Below, in pieces: positions 1-8,766 of a stretch of DNA of 64,000 bases. Each line of letters opens with the position of its first letter. The first letter of the stretch is position 1. The translations under genes and the position numbers were made by a program. The notes under the pieces are model-generated. The model did not search any database, was not told the origin of the DNA, and saw only the letters and a list, made by a program, of their open reading frames with translations. The DNA is from Verrucomicrobiia bacterium (GTDB lineage: Bacteria > Verrucomicrobiota > Verrucomicrobiia > Limisphaerales > UBA1319), in the NCBI GenBank assembly GCA_963664225.1, contig OY760937.1:2848001-2912000 (forward strand). The letters are read 5' to 3'.

Positions 1-1523
1 AACGACACGGTGATGATGAGCAGCGAGAAGAACAGCGGCTTGCCGACCTGCTTGGCGGCCGAAACCACCACGTTCATGCGGGTCAGGTCAACGATCTCCC
101 GTTCGACCGGCGTGAGGGACGCGTCGCCTTCCTTCTCGCGTTTGGCGCGGGCATGGTTCCACCGTTCGAGCCATTTGTGGGCGTTCTCAATCATCACCAC
201 TGCCGCATCCACCATCGCGCCGATGGCGATGGCGATACCGCCCAGTGACATGATGTTCGAGGAGACGCCGAGCGATACCATGGCGATGAACGAAAGCAGG
301 ATCGCAATGGGCAGAACGAGAATCGCAACCATCGCGCTGCGCAAGTGGAACAGAAACAGGATGCAGACCAGGCCGACGATGATACTTTCCTCAATCAGCT
401 TGTTCCTGAGATTCTTGATGGAGCCGAGGATCAACTTCGAGCGATCGTAGCCAGTGACAATTTTCACGCCCGGCGGCAACGAAGGCTTAAAGGCTTCGAG
501 CTTTGCCTTGACGGCCTGGATGGTCTTGAGCGCGTCTTCGCCGTAGCGCATCACCACGATGCCGCCCACCGCCTCGCCCTTGCCGTCGAGGTCCAGCACG
601 CCGCGCCGCATGTCCGGGCCGAAGTGGACATTGGCGACCTGTTTGACGCTGATCGGCGTGCCGTTGGTGTCCACGCCGATAACGACCTTCTCGATGTCCT
701 CCAGCTTTTTGATGTAGCCGATGCCCTTGACCATGTATTCCGTTTCGCCGAATTCGATTACGCGCCCGCCCACGTCGTTGTTCGATTCGCGGATGGCCAT
801 CACGAGTTTGGGCAGCGGGATGTGGTAGGCGAGGAGCTTGTTCGGGTCCACGTCCACTTGATACTCGCGAACGAAGCCGCCGATGCTCGCGACCTCCGCA
901 ACGCCGGGTGTGTTTTGCAGGTAGTAGCGAAGCGTCCAGTCCTGAAGGGTGCGCAAATCGGCGAGACTGTTCTGGCCGGTCTCATCCACCAGCGCGTATT
1001 CATAGACCCAGCCGACGCCCGTGGCGTCCGGCCCCAACGTGGGACGGATGCCCGCCGGCAGGTCGCCCATGACCTGATTGAGATATTCCAGGACGCGTGA
1101 GCGAGCCCAATACATGTCCGTGCCGTCCTCGAAGATGACGTTCACGAACGACAGTCCGAAGAAGGTCTGACCCCGCACATATTTGACGTGTGGTGCGGCG
1201 GCCAGCACGCTGACGATGGGATAAGTGATTTGATCCTCGACCAATTGCGGATCGCGGCCCGGCCATTCGGTGAACACGATCACTTGCACGTCGGATAAAT
1301 CGGGAATGGCATCCAGGCGCACGCGCTTGACGGCGATGACACCGGCGACGATGAGAAACACGACGCCCACCACCACCAGGAATTGATTGTGCGAACACCA
1401 GCCGATGATGCGTTCGACAATCGTTTCCTCGCGAACCGGCCCGGCGGGCTTTGCCGCAGCGGAGTTCCCTGGCTCTGCTTTGCCAGCCGCTGAATCCGGA
1501 TGCTTTGTGCTTTCCGTGTTCAT
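1..1523 (-). CDS. cusA: CusA/CzcA family heavy-metal efflux RND permease (runs off window start)
   Basis: Not in ORF track; manual minus-strand translation from ATG at 1523 gives ...IVERIIGWCSHNQFLVVVG...RLDAIPDLSDVQVIVFTEWPGRDPQLVEDQITYP..., the CusA N-terminal signature; directly downstream of the MFP gene. Confidence 0.93.
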   Translation of the reverse strand, partial: MNTESTKHPDSAAGKAEPGNSAAAKPAGPVREETIVERIIGWCSHNQFLVVVGVVFLIVAGVIAVKRVRLDAIPDLSDVQVIVFTEWPGRDPQLVEDQITYPIVSVLAAAPHVKYVRGQTFFGLSFVNVIFEDGTDMYWARSRVLEYLNQVMGDLPAGIRPTLGPDATGVGWVYEYALVDETGQNSLADLRTLQDWTLRYYLQNTPGVAEVASIGGFVREYQVDVDPNKLLAYHIPLPKLVMAIRESNNDVGGRVIEFGETEYMVKGIGYIKKLEDIEKVVIGVDTNGTPISVKQVANVHFGPDMRRGVLDLDGKGEAVGGIVVMRYGEDALKTIQAVKAKLEAFKPSLPPGVKIVTGYDRSKLILGSIKNLRNKLIEESIIVGLVCILFLFHLRSAMVAILVLPIAILLSFIAMVSLGVSSNIMSLGGIAIAIGAMVDAAVVMIENAHKWLERWNHARAKREKEGDASLTPVEREIVDLTRMNVVVSAAKQVGKPLFFSLLIITVS

Positions 1524-1528
1524 GTTGC

Positions 1529-2902
1529 TCAATGCTGATGGCCTCCACCCGAACCAGCGGCGCGAAGCTGGCTCTCGCTATCCAGCAGAAAGTTGCCGTC
1601 CACCACGACCTTTTCGCCCTCCGCCAAACCTTCATTCACGATGAACTGATCACCAACATTCGCTCCGAGCTGAACACGCTTCGGGATAAAGTGGCCCTCC
1701 GTCGCCTCAACAAAAACATACTGCCGTGTGCCGGTGTCGAATACAGCCGTCGCCGGCGCTAACAGGTGCTCGCCTTGATCCACCTTGATTTCCGCGGTGA
1801 CATACGTGTCGGGTTTGAAAAGTCCATCGCGATTGTCCATCACCAGCCGGGCGGTGGTGGTGCGGGTCTTGTTTTCTGAAAACGGAAAGATGAAATCCAC
1901 CTTGGCCTCGAAGACGCGGCCCGGATTTGCGCTCCCTGTCACGGCTGCCTTCTGTCCGACTTTCACCAGGGGCAGTTCATATTCGTAGATGTCGGCGTTG
2001 ATCCAAACGGTGGTGAGGTCCGCAACGCGGTAGAGCGTCATGCCGGGGCGGACCATCTGAGCCGGATCAATGTTCTTTTGAATCACGTAACCGCTGACGG
2101 GTGCGCGGAGTTGAAGCGTGTCCATCGGTTTGCCGGAAGTTTCCAGCGCGCGGATTTGGTCGTCCGTGATTTCCCAAAGCTTGAGCCGCTTGCGCGAGGA
2201 TTCCAGCAGCGTCTCCGCCTCGGTCATGGCTTCCGCGCTGATTGCGCTGTTGGTGGCGGCTTCGCCGGACGGCAGGATGTGCTTCAGTCGGGCGCAGTGG
2301 CGGTAAGAGAGCAGGTATTCGTATTGCGCGGAGTAAAGTTCCGGACTGTAGATGTCCAACAACGGCCCGCCCTGCTCGACGAATTGGCCCGGCGTGTTCA
2401 CGTAAAGCTTCTCCGCCCAGCCCATGATGCGGGCGTTGACGTTGGCGAGCTTGGTCTCGTCGTAGGTCACGATGCCGACGGCGCGAATCGTCACCGCAGC
2501 GTTTCCGTTCGTAACCGCCCGGGTGCGGATGTTGATGAACTGCCGTTGCCCCTGATCCAGATCCACCGGGCCGCGACCGGGAACGACTTCGTTGGTGGAC
2601 GCTGTGTGGCCGGTGTGTTTTCCGCCGGGCATCGGCATGTCGCCCATGTTCGTCGCACCGGTGGCCGGCGCGTTGGTGGTCGCGGGCATCGGCATCTTCA
2701 TGCCGGGCATGGACTGGTCCATTTCCGTCGTGCTGCCGTGATTGGTATGCGTTGCGGATGGCTGCATGTTCGTGCCGCCGTGGTCCGCATGAGTGGACTC
2801 GCCGGACTTTTTGCCGCAACTGACGGTCACGACTGCCAGGACGGCAACCGCCACAGCGGCGACTACGCCGCTCAAGATTCGATTGGTGCAAAGTCGCTTC
2901 AT
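1529..2902 (-). CDS. cusB: CusB-like efflux RND periplasmic adaptor, lipoprotein with Met/His-rich N-terminal extension
   Basis: Lipobox-like TVSC; MDQSMPGMKMPM and GKHTGH segments; GWAEKLYV, YSPELYSAQ, ADLTTVWINADIYEYEL, GNFLLDSESQL motifs. Confidence 0.9.
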   Translation of the reverse strand: MKRLCTNRILSGVVAAVAVAVLAVVTVSCGKKSGESTHADHGGTNMQPSATHTNHGSTTEMDQSMPGMKMPMPATTNAPATGATNMGDMPMPGGKHTGHTASTNEVVPGRGPVDLDQGQRQFINIRTRAVTNGNAAVTIRAVGIVTYDETKLANVNARIMGWAEKLYVNTPGQFVEQGGPLLDIYSPELYSAQYEYLLSYRHCARLKHILPSGEAATNSAISAEAMTEAETLLESSRKRLKLWEITDDQIRALETSGKPMDTLQLRAPVSGYVIQKNIDPAQMVRPGMTLYRVADLTTVWINADIYEYELPLVKVGQKAAVTGSANPGRVFEAKVDFIFPFSENKTRTTTARLVMDNRDGLFKPDTYVTAEIKVDQGEHLLAPATAVFDTGTRQYVFVEATEGHFIPKRVQLGANVGDQFIVNEGLAEGEKVVVDGNFLLDSESQLRAAGSGGGHQH

Positions 2903-4371
2903 GGTTTCCTTTCGTTTGCCGGTGCGAGCGTTGGAGGTTCACCGCCAGCCAGCTTTTCCACTGTGGCAAGTCCTTGCTCGCGATCGGCCACGGCCCGCTC
3001 GTAGGTCAATTGGAACTCCAGCAAAACGCGCTCGGCGTCTATGAGCGACAGAAAATCGGATTTGCCCGCCTCGAACGAACGCTGAATCACCTTCAGGTTC
3101 TGATCGGCTTTGGGAATCAATGCGTCGCGGTAAAGGGCAATCTTGCGCTCCGCGTCCTGGTATTTGAACAGGGCGAGTCTGAGATCGGTGCTCAGGCGGT
3201 TCGCGCGGTCCTGGCGGTCCTGCTGCGTGGCCGCGTAACGACTCTCCGCCTCGCGCACGCCCGCGCGATATTTTCCCCACCACAGTGGAATGTTTACGGA
3301 AAATCCAGCCATCACCGGGTCTTTGCCGCTGTCGGCGACACCCGACATCCGGGCCGGGCCGGTTTGGACGTAGTCCACTCCCAGCGTTACGTCCGGATAG
3401 AATTCCTTCTTTGCGAGAGCGATTTTCGCTTTTTCCTGCTCAGCCAGGAAATCGAGGCTCTTGAGTTCCGGGTTGGATGACTTCAATTGATCGAGTAGTT
3501 GCGACGACTGGGCGGTTAGCGTCGCCGGGGAATTGTTCGTCGGAAACGGAAGCGCCGATTCAGCGGGCCGGTTCAGCGCGGCATTAAGGCGGGCCACGAG
3601 AGGATGCTTGAAGTCCTGCAACGTGCGCAGCCGGTCGCGCAATTTGTCGAGTTCCACCTGCGCCTTGATCACATCCCCGTGCTCGGCCGTGCCCGACTCA
3701 TACTTCGAGCGCGCCATTTCTTCGAGCAGCTTGAGCAGTTCCACGTTCTCTGCAGTGACGCCGACGGCGCGCCCCACGTAGTAAAGCTCGTAGTAAGCCT
3801 GTTTGACCTCGTCGAAGAGCCTGAGCTTGGCGGCTTCGTATTGCTGCTGCATGACGTTCGCGCCTTCCAACGCGAACTCGCCTCGCAGTTTCAATTTGCC
3901 GAACCATGGGAACATCTGGCTGAGACCCACGCGTTGCTCCTGCGGCCCGACGCGAGTTTCAACTTCCTGGATGAAATAACCGTAGTTGAAGCGCGGGTCC
4001 GGCAGCGTGCGCGCCTGAGTAACCATTGCCAGTGCGGCTTTCCAACGATTGAAGGCCGCCTCCAGTTGCGGGTTGTTGAGCGCGGCGTAGGCTAGGTAAT
4101 CATTCAGTCCCGAAACCTCGTTGAGTTCCGGAAGTTGCTTGCGGGCAGAAGTCGCGCTGCCGACTTGCTCGTGGGAACGAGTGGTTTCTTCGACTTTCAG
4201 GGCCTGAGTGGAACTGCGCTCGGACGTTGAGGCACAGCCCGACAGCACCAGCGCGAGGCCGACAAATACGCGACAGAATACGATTCGTTTTGGCGCCTTC
4301 ATGGTCATTCCGTCGGAATTTCCGATGAAGATGTTGCGCAAGGCATTCCTCACAATGGAGTTGCTTCTCAA
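2899..4371 (-). CDS. TolC-family outer-membrane efflux protein (CusC-like); start may instead be ATG at 4308
   Basis: Lipobox LSGC; LPDP, SQMFPWFGKL, FYPDVTLG, SFEAGKSDFLSLIDAER motifs; overlaps both neighbours by 4 nt. Confidence 0.88.
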   Translation of the reverse strand: MRSNSIVRNALRNIFIGNSDGMTMKAPKRIVFCRVFVGLALVLSGCASTSERSSTQALKVEETTRSHEQVGSATSARKQLPELNEVSGLNDYLAYAALNNPQLEAAFNRWKAALAMVTQARTLPDPRFNYGYFIQEVETRVGPQEQRVGLSQMFPWFGKLKLRGEFALEGANVMQQQYEAAKLRLFDEVKQAYYELYYVGRAVGVTAENVELLKLLEEMARSKYESGTAEHGDVIKAQVELDKLRDRLRTLQDFKHPLVARLNAALNRPAESALPFPTNNSPATLTAQSSQLLDQLKSSNPELKSLDFLAEQEKAKIALAKKEFYPDVTLGVDYVQTGPARMSGVADSGKDPVMAGFSVNIPLWWGKYRAGVREAESRYAATQQDRQDRANRLSTDLRLALFKYQDAERKIALYRDALIPKADQNLKVIQRSFEAGKSDFLSLIDAERVLLEFQLTYERAVADREQGLATVEKLAGGEPPTLAPANERKP

Positions 4372-4631
4372 CGTGTGGCGTCATTGGCCGCACCCGTGGT
4401 CTTGGTATTTGTCGGCATATTCATATTTGGCATATCGTTGGTCACCATCATATTGGTGGTTCCATGCATCATGTCTTGTTCATGGTTCATGCTCGAATTG
4501 GTGGATGGCGTCTCGGTTGAGTTGCCTGGGCTGTTTTGATTGCAGCCCACCAGCGCCAATGCGGCCAGAACGGCGATTGCTGCAAGTCGAATAATTGGTT
4601 TCATAAGCCTATTTGTCGTTTTTACTTTCAT
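4368..4631 (-). CDS. Small Met/His/Asn-rich lipoprotein (possible metal-binding)
   Basis: Signal peptide with lipobox LVGC followed by low-complexity SMNHEQDMMHGTTNMMVTNDMPNMNM; first gene of the cus-like operon. Confidence 0.65.
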   Translation of the reverse strand: MKVKTTNRLMKPIIRLAAIAVLAALALVGCNQNSPGNSTETPSTNSSMNHEQDMMHGTTNMMVTNDMPNMNMPTNTKTTGAANDATR

Positions 4632-4714
4632 GGCTGTTGCCGCCTGCCTGATGGCAAAGGCGTTCCGGCAGCCAATTAGCTCAATCAGGCTATGGCGTAA
4701 TCTGTTCCTTCGCT

Positions 4715-4732
4715 ATGGGGTTTTCTCCCCAT
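4715..4732. promoter_or_regulatory. Palindrome ATGGGG-N6-CCCCAT, candidate operator (copy 1)
   Basis: ATGGGG TTTTCT CCCCAT about 85 bp upstream of the lipoprotein-cus operon; same arms and spacer recur at 6651-6668. Confidence 0.45.
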
Positions 4733-4749
4733 GCGAGATTTCATTCCAA

Positions 4750-5136
4750 TTAGCCTGCAGCCGCTTCCGTTATGATTTTAGCAATGGTTTCCTCCACTTC
4801 CTGCGCCACATCCTTCAATTGCGGCGTATTGAATAATGCCAGCAGAGTGGTTGGCTTCAATGTCGCCAGAGTGGTTTTACCATCCTCCTCGTAAATGGAA
4901 ATCCGGCAAGGCAACGCGGTGGAGACGCTCATGTTTTGGTCGAGCACCTTCTTGGCCTGTTGCGGCTGACACACCTCGAAGATCAGACATTCGCGGGCGA
5001 ACTCCACCCCCTTCTTGTTCATGGTTTCTTTGAGATTGTGAATTTGCATGACGCCAAAGTGATTGGCCTGAACGGCGGCCTGCAACGCAGCAGCCGTCTC
5101 GCTTACAGTTTTGTCCGTGGATAATCTGATCAACAT
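4750..5136 (-). CDS. DUF302 domain protein
   Basis: 128 aa; FGV...LKETMNKKG, IFEVCQPQQAKKVL and ALPCRISIYE motifs; family often found next to metal-resistance genes. Confidence 0.85.
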   Translation of the reverse strand: MLIRLSTDKTVSETAAALQAAVQANHFGVMQIHNLKETMNKKGVEFARECLIFEVCQPQQAKKVLDQNMSVSTALPCRISIYEEDGKTTLATLKPTTLLALFNTPQLKDVAQEVEETIAKIITEAAAG

Positions 5137-5157
5137 AAATATTTTTTGGTTAAGAGT

Positions 5158-5724
5158 TTAATTTGCGGGCGGGGGATTGGTTTCCGCGGTATGATGATGC
5201 GCTTCTTCGCCAGTCACAGCTTGCAGAGAATCCCGTTCCTGCGCGGTCAGCTCAGGCAGATGATGAATGAAGGCGACAATTTTCCAGATTTCTTCGTCGG
5301 TGTGCGTGGGACCGAAGGCAGGCATGGCAGTCATCCGGATGCCATGTTTGACGACCCAGAAGAGTTCTCCGTCCGGCGTGTCGTCCCCTCCCTTGCCCAG
5401 CGATGGCGCGGGCGGATTGATCCCCTTGGATAACTCGGCCCCGGCCACGTCAGGAGCCCCATGGCAGATGACGCAATTCTCGCGATAATGGTCGAGGCCC
5501 GTGGCGATGGCCGCCGGATCGCCGACATAAGGATTCTTCTCCTTCGGAGCGCGATTTTCAACCGATCGGTCCCGCGCCCACGGCGCGATTGTTCGTTCGA
5601 TGAGGCCGGGTTTTACGTCCGCTCCCATGTTGATCGCACCCATGGCCAGGACGAGGATCGGCACGAGGAGTGTGACCAGAATGCCAACCACAAAACTCAA
5701 CAGGATGATCCATTTCTTCTTCAT
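5158..5724 (-). CDS. Membrane-anchored mono-haem cytochrome c
   Basis: N-terminal hydrophobic helix, CVICH haem motif, GELFWVVKHGIRMTAMPAF, His-rich tail EAHHH. Confidence 0.85.
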   Translation of the reverse strand: MKKKWIILLSFVVGILVTLLVPILVLAMGAINMGADVKPGLIERTIAPWARDRSVENRAPKEKNPYVGDPAAIATGLDHYRENCVICHGAPDVAGAELSKGINPPAPSLGKGGDDTPDGELFWVVKHGIRMTAMPAFGPTHTDEEIWKIVAFIHHLPELTAQERDSLQAVTGEEAHHHTAETNPPPAN

Positions 5725-5873
5725 TTCGCTCCTTTCCCATTAGCGTTTCATTGAAAGGCGACCTTGGAGGTAATAGCCGTTTAGCTCACAGTTTTGTCTA
5801 TGTATAATTTGCCCAGAATTGGTTTCCTTTCATGTTAAAAAGGTCGCTTCACGGGCGCGTCGCAAACGAAAGA

Positions 5874-5978
5874 TTACTTCTTGGCCATCTTGCCAATCAC
5901 AACGACCAGCAGGACAACCACCGCTATGCCAATCACCGCCATAATCGTTATTCCTCCGCCCCCCATCCACCCATCCAT
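5874..5978 (-). CDS. Small single-pass membrane protein (34 aa; possibly a frameshifted 41-aa gene starting at 5998)
   Basis: MDGWMGGGGITIMAVIGIAVVVLLVVVIGKMAKK; upstream ATG-ATG at 5998 reads MMNNTDGWMGGW and is 1 nt out of frame across a G6 run. Confidence 0.5.
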   Translation of the reverse strand: MDGWMGGGGITIMAVIGIAVVVLLVVVIGKMAKK

Positions 5979-6458
5979 CCGTCTGTATTGTTCATCATGT
6001 ACTTTTGCTTTCGGTTTGTTCTCCACCGTTCTCACCCGACTGATAGGGCATTTGAGAAACCCGATGCACTTCGATTTGCACTGGTGCTCACATTCACATT
6101 GCTTCAGCGTGTGCGGCTTCGCTATAGGGTATAACCCCACCCGAACAATTAGCGGCACTTGCGATCGAAAACGGATTCGTCGAAAGATGCGTTTTATTGC
6201 GTCGCTAGAGTCTGCTTTACTACCAAGTCATTAGGATGCACTACGCTACTTGAATAAAATATCGAGCAAAAAGGGCACGTTTTTCTGCCAACTGCAGACT
6301 ATCCTACCGACCTATCAGCAAGTGCCCGTCCTTTGATATTTTCAATCGTTGAAGTGACGTTGGTGTCCCCGGTCACATTTTCACCTACGGTATTTGATTG
6401 TTTGCACCAGGTCGCCAGGATTGCACTGGCCTGAGCCGCAAGAATCATTGATTTTCTT

Positions 6459-6617
6459 TTAACTTTTTGAGCCGCGAAATCCGCCCATAAAATAGATAAC
6501 GAGGCAGATTACCAAAATCAGACCAAGGCCGCCGCCGCCGATGACGGGACCGCCAAAATATAATCCGCCGCCGCCGAACAGGAGAAGCAGGACAACAATG
6601 AGTAATAACATATCCAT
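6459..6617 (-). CDS. DUF3309-like small Gly-rich membrane protein
   Basis: MDMLLLIVVLLLLFGGGGLYFGGPVIGGGGLGLILVICLVIYFMGGFR, 52 aa, two hydrophobic segments with Gly runs. Confidence 0.7.
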   Translation of the reverse strand: MDMLLLIVVLLLLFGGGGLYFGGPVIGGGGLGLILVICLVIYFMGGFRGSKS

Positions 6618-6650
6618 GGCCTTAGAATGACACACAGCTGCACGGTTCCT

Positions 6651-6668
6651 ATGGGGTCTTCGCCCCAT
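6651..6668. promoter_or_regulatory. Palindrome ATGGGG-N6-CCCCAT, candidate operator (copy 2)
   Basis: T-ATGGGG TCTTCG CCCCAT-A about 35 bp upstream of the DUF3309-like start. Confidence 0.45.
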
Positions 6669-6876
6669 AAAGAAGGTGAACCTTTCGGGATCCTCTTGAA
6701 AAATCACGCGATAAAAAAGTCAGGAACGTTGCATTTTAGGCGATTGCAGGAACGCCACGAGGGCAGCCATTTCCGTCGGCGTGAGATTCCCGGCAAGCTT
6801 CCAATATGCATGCTCCGTTTTTGGCAGACGACGGAACCCATTGCATTACGGCGACAGCCATTTCGGCATGGCGGCA

Positions 6877-7115
6877 TTATAGTTGAAAACCAGTCGTGAA
6901 CGGCTGGCTTTGCCATTTTGAAGACGACGCAATCTCCCCACGGACAATGGCGGTCGCGCAAAGAACATTGTTCACAGTTCCCAACAATCTCCCGAAGGTA
7001 TAAGGCTTGCGCAGAATGGTGGCCATGATGACCGGCAGGGCCATGCGGCCGGCGTGAATCTTCTTGAGCAACTCAACGCCTGACAGCCCTTTGGGAATTT
7101 TTGGTTGGCGATCAG
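6877..7115 (-). pseudogene. Degenerate response-regulator receiver domain fragment
   Basis: PKGLSGVELLKKIHAGRMALPVIMAT-ILRKPYT resembles the receiver C-terminal half (MP..SG.ELL...PVI..T...KP); upstream LIANQ is 1 nt out of frame, the T-to-KP segment is short, and no N-terminal half is present. Confidence 0.55.
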
Positions 7116-7255
7116 AATGTATGGTGCTTCGCCTGGAATACCCATCACCTATTTCCCGATGGATGAATTTTCACACCCCATAGGGCACATTTCCGCCTTG
7201 GTCCTACTTCCAGGAGCGTCCTTCGTTAGAATATAGAGCCTTTCAGTGTCATTCA

Positions 7256-7280
7256 ACGGACACCAAAACGGACACCAAAC
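7256..7280 (+). repeat. Short direct repeat AACGGACACCA x2 (arm-type site candidate)
   Basis: AACGGACACCAA AACGGACACCAA about 100 bp left of the tRNA 3'-end fragment. Confidence 0.55.
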
Positions 7281-7372
7281 GAGTTAAAAGGGGTAGGTTT
7301 GGGTAGTGAGCGATTAGGCTTGATTAGCCCGTAAAATATGGGATTTTGACGGTGTAATGTGGGTTGCTTGAC

Positions 7373-7394
7373 TCAATTCCGACCCTCGCCTCCA
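7373..7394 (+). mobile_element. att site: isolated 3' end of a tRNA-Cys-like gene
   Basis: TCAATT CCGAC CCTCGCC T CCA = T-loop remainder, T-stem 3' arm, acceptor 3' arm, U discriminator and CCA; GCC-U-CCA ending is typical of bacterial tRNA-Cys; no 5' tRNA half upstream; integrase starts 170 bp downstream. Confidence 0.7.
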
Positions 7395-7563
7395 ACTCTA
7401 ACTGCTTTTGCAGCAATGAGTTGGAACGAACGGAAAGCCGATGGCTAACGGTTTGGCTAACAGTCTGAGGAAGGCCTCACATTGTTCCACTTTGTGGCAC
7501 TTTACGCCACAACGGGCTAACCGCAGGAATCAGAACGCAGATAGGCTCGACTCAGAAAGAGCC

Positions 7564-8290
7564 ATGAAAGAGCGTTATCGTTTGTTCCTCCGTCGCAAAA
7601 GCGTTTACTACGCTTTTGACAACACCACCAAGACCTTCGAGAGCCTCAAGACCAAGGACAAGGCCGAGGCCACGCGACTTTTGCTGGCGTTCAACGAGGC
7701 AGGCAAACAGCCCGCCATGAATCTCGGACTGGCCCGCGTTTACCTCAAGCACAGCGATCCCATGGTCAGCCAGCGCACCTGGCAGCACGTCATGGATGAG
7801 ATCATCAAACTGAAATCCGGGCCCACCCAATACCGCTGGCAGACCGCAGCCAAGGACAAGGCGTTCGACCTCATCCGCTCGCGGCTCCTCATCGAGACAC
7901 AGGCCGGGCACCTGCTCGAGGTGCTCCGGAAGGGCACCGTCTCGACCAACGTATTTCTGCGCAAGCTCCACAATTTTGCCCTCGACATGAACTGGCTCAT
8001 GGCCCCGGTGATCGTCAGGCCCCAATGGCCCCGGTTCCGTTACAAGGAGAAACGGGCCATCACCTGGGAGGAGCACCTGCGGATCGTCGAGCGGGAAACC
8101 AACCCGGAACGGCGGGCCCTTTACTGTGTCTGCTGGCATCTCGGCGGGGCCCAGACGGATATGGCGCTGTTGCGGGCTGACAACATCGACTGGAAGGACA
8201 AGGTCCTCAACTATGCGCGCTGCAAGACCAGTGAACTGGCCCAGATCCACATCGGACCGCAACTGGAGGCTGTGCTGCGGGAGCGGCCCG
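7564..8290 (+). pseudogene. Truncated tyrosine recombinase/integrase (C-terminal catalytic region lost)
   Basis: MKERYRLFLRR...SLKTKD...GTVSTNVFLRKLHNFALDMNWL...KEKRAITWEEH...LRADNIDW...RCKT; after ERPG (~8290) the frame continues into unrelated Cys/Arg-rich sequence with no HxxR or catalytic Tyr region. Confidence 0.78.
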
Positions 8291-8766
8291 GTAGGTGCTG
8301 CACTTTTCAACCGCCGTTTACAGCCACAGATGCCACAGGCTGTTCTTTTGGGAGGCGCTTGAGGGTGCCCAAGATCCCTAGGATGCTCAAAGCAACCACA
8401 AATCCGGGGAAGCGATACGCATGCCGGAGTTGTCGATGTAGTTCGAAATATTGGCATCGAAAATCGCAACTAGTTTGCAAACCACAAAAAGCCTTGATTT
8501 ACCCTGCAAACAGAGCCTCAAATGCTGCTCTTCCGTTCATGATCACCCACACGCGGACGCGAATACCTAAAACTTTGCACGAAGACTTGGACAGGCATCT
8601 GACCTCCATGCCGCGCGTCATCGCTTTGCCGGTATGCGCTCATCGGTCAAAAGCCTGCTGGGCGCCAAACGCTGGAACCCCGGCTGCCAGCGGCTCAATG
8701 ACCAGATCGTTGTCTATCTGCGCCGTTGTTGGGAGGAAGAGGGTCCGGACCACAAGACCACGTTGG

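Noticed and set aside
7330..7394. Complete tRNA gene
   Set aside because: No 5' acceptor strand, D arm or anticodon arm upstream of the 3' fragment.
8290..8766. Short repeats (CCACAG x2; ACTTTGCAC/ACTTGGAC) as another element end
   Set aside because: Too short and degenerate to distinguish from chance without comparative data.
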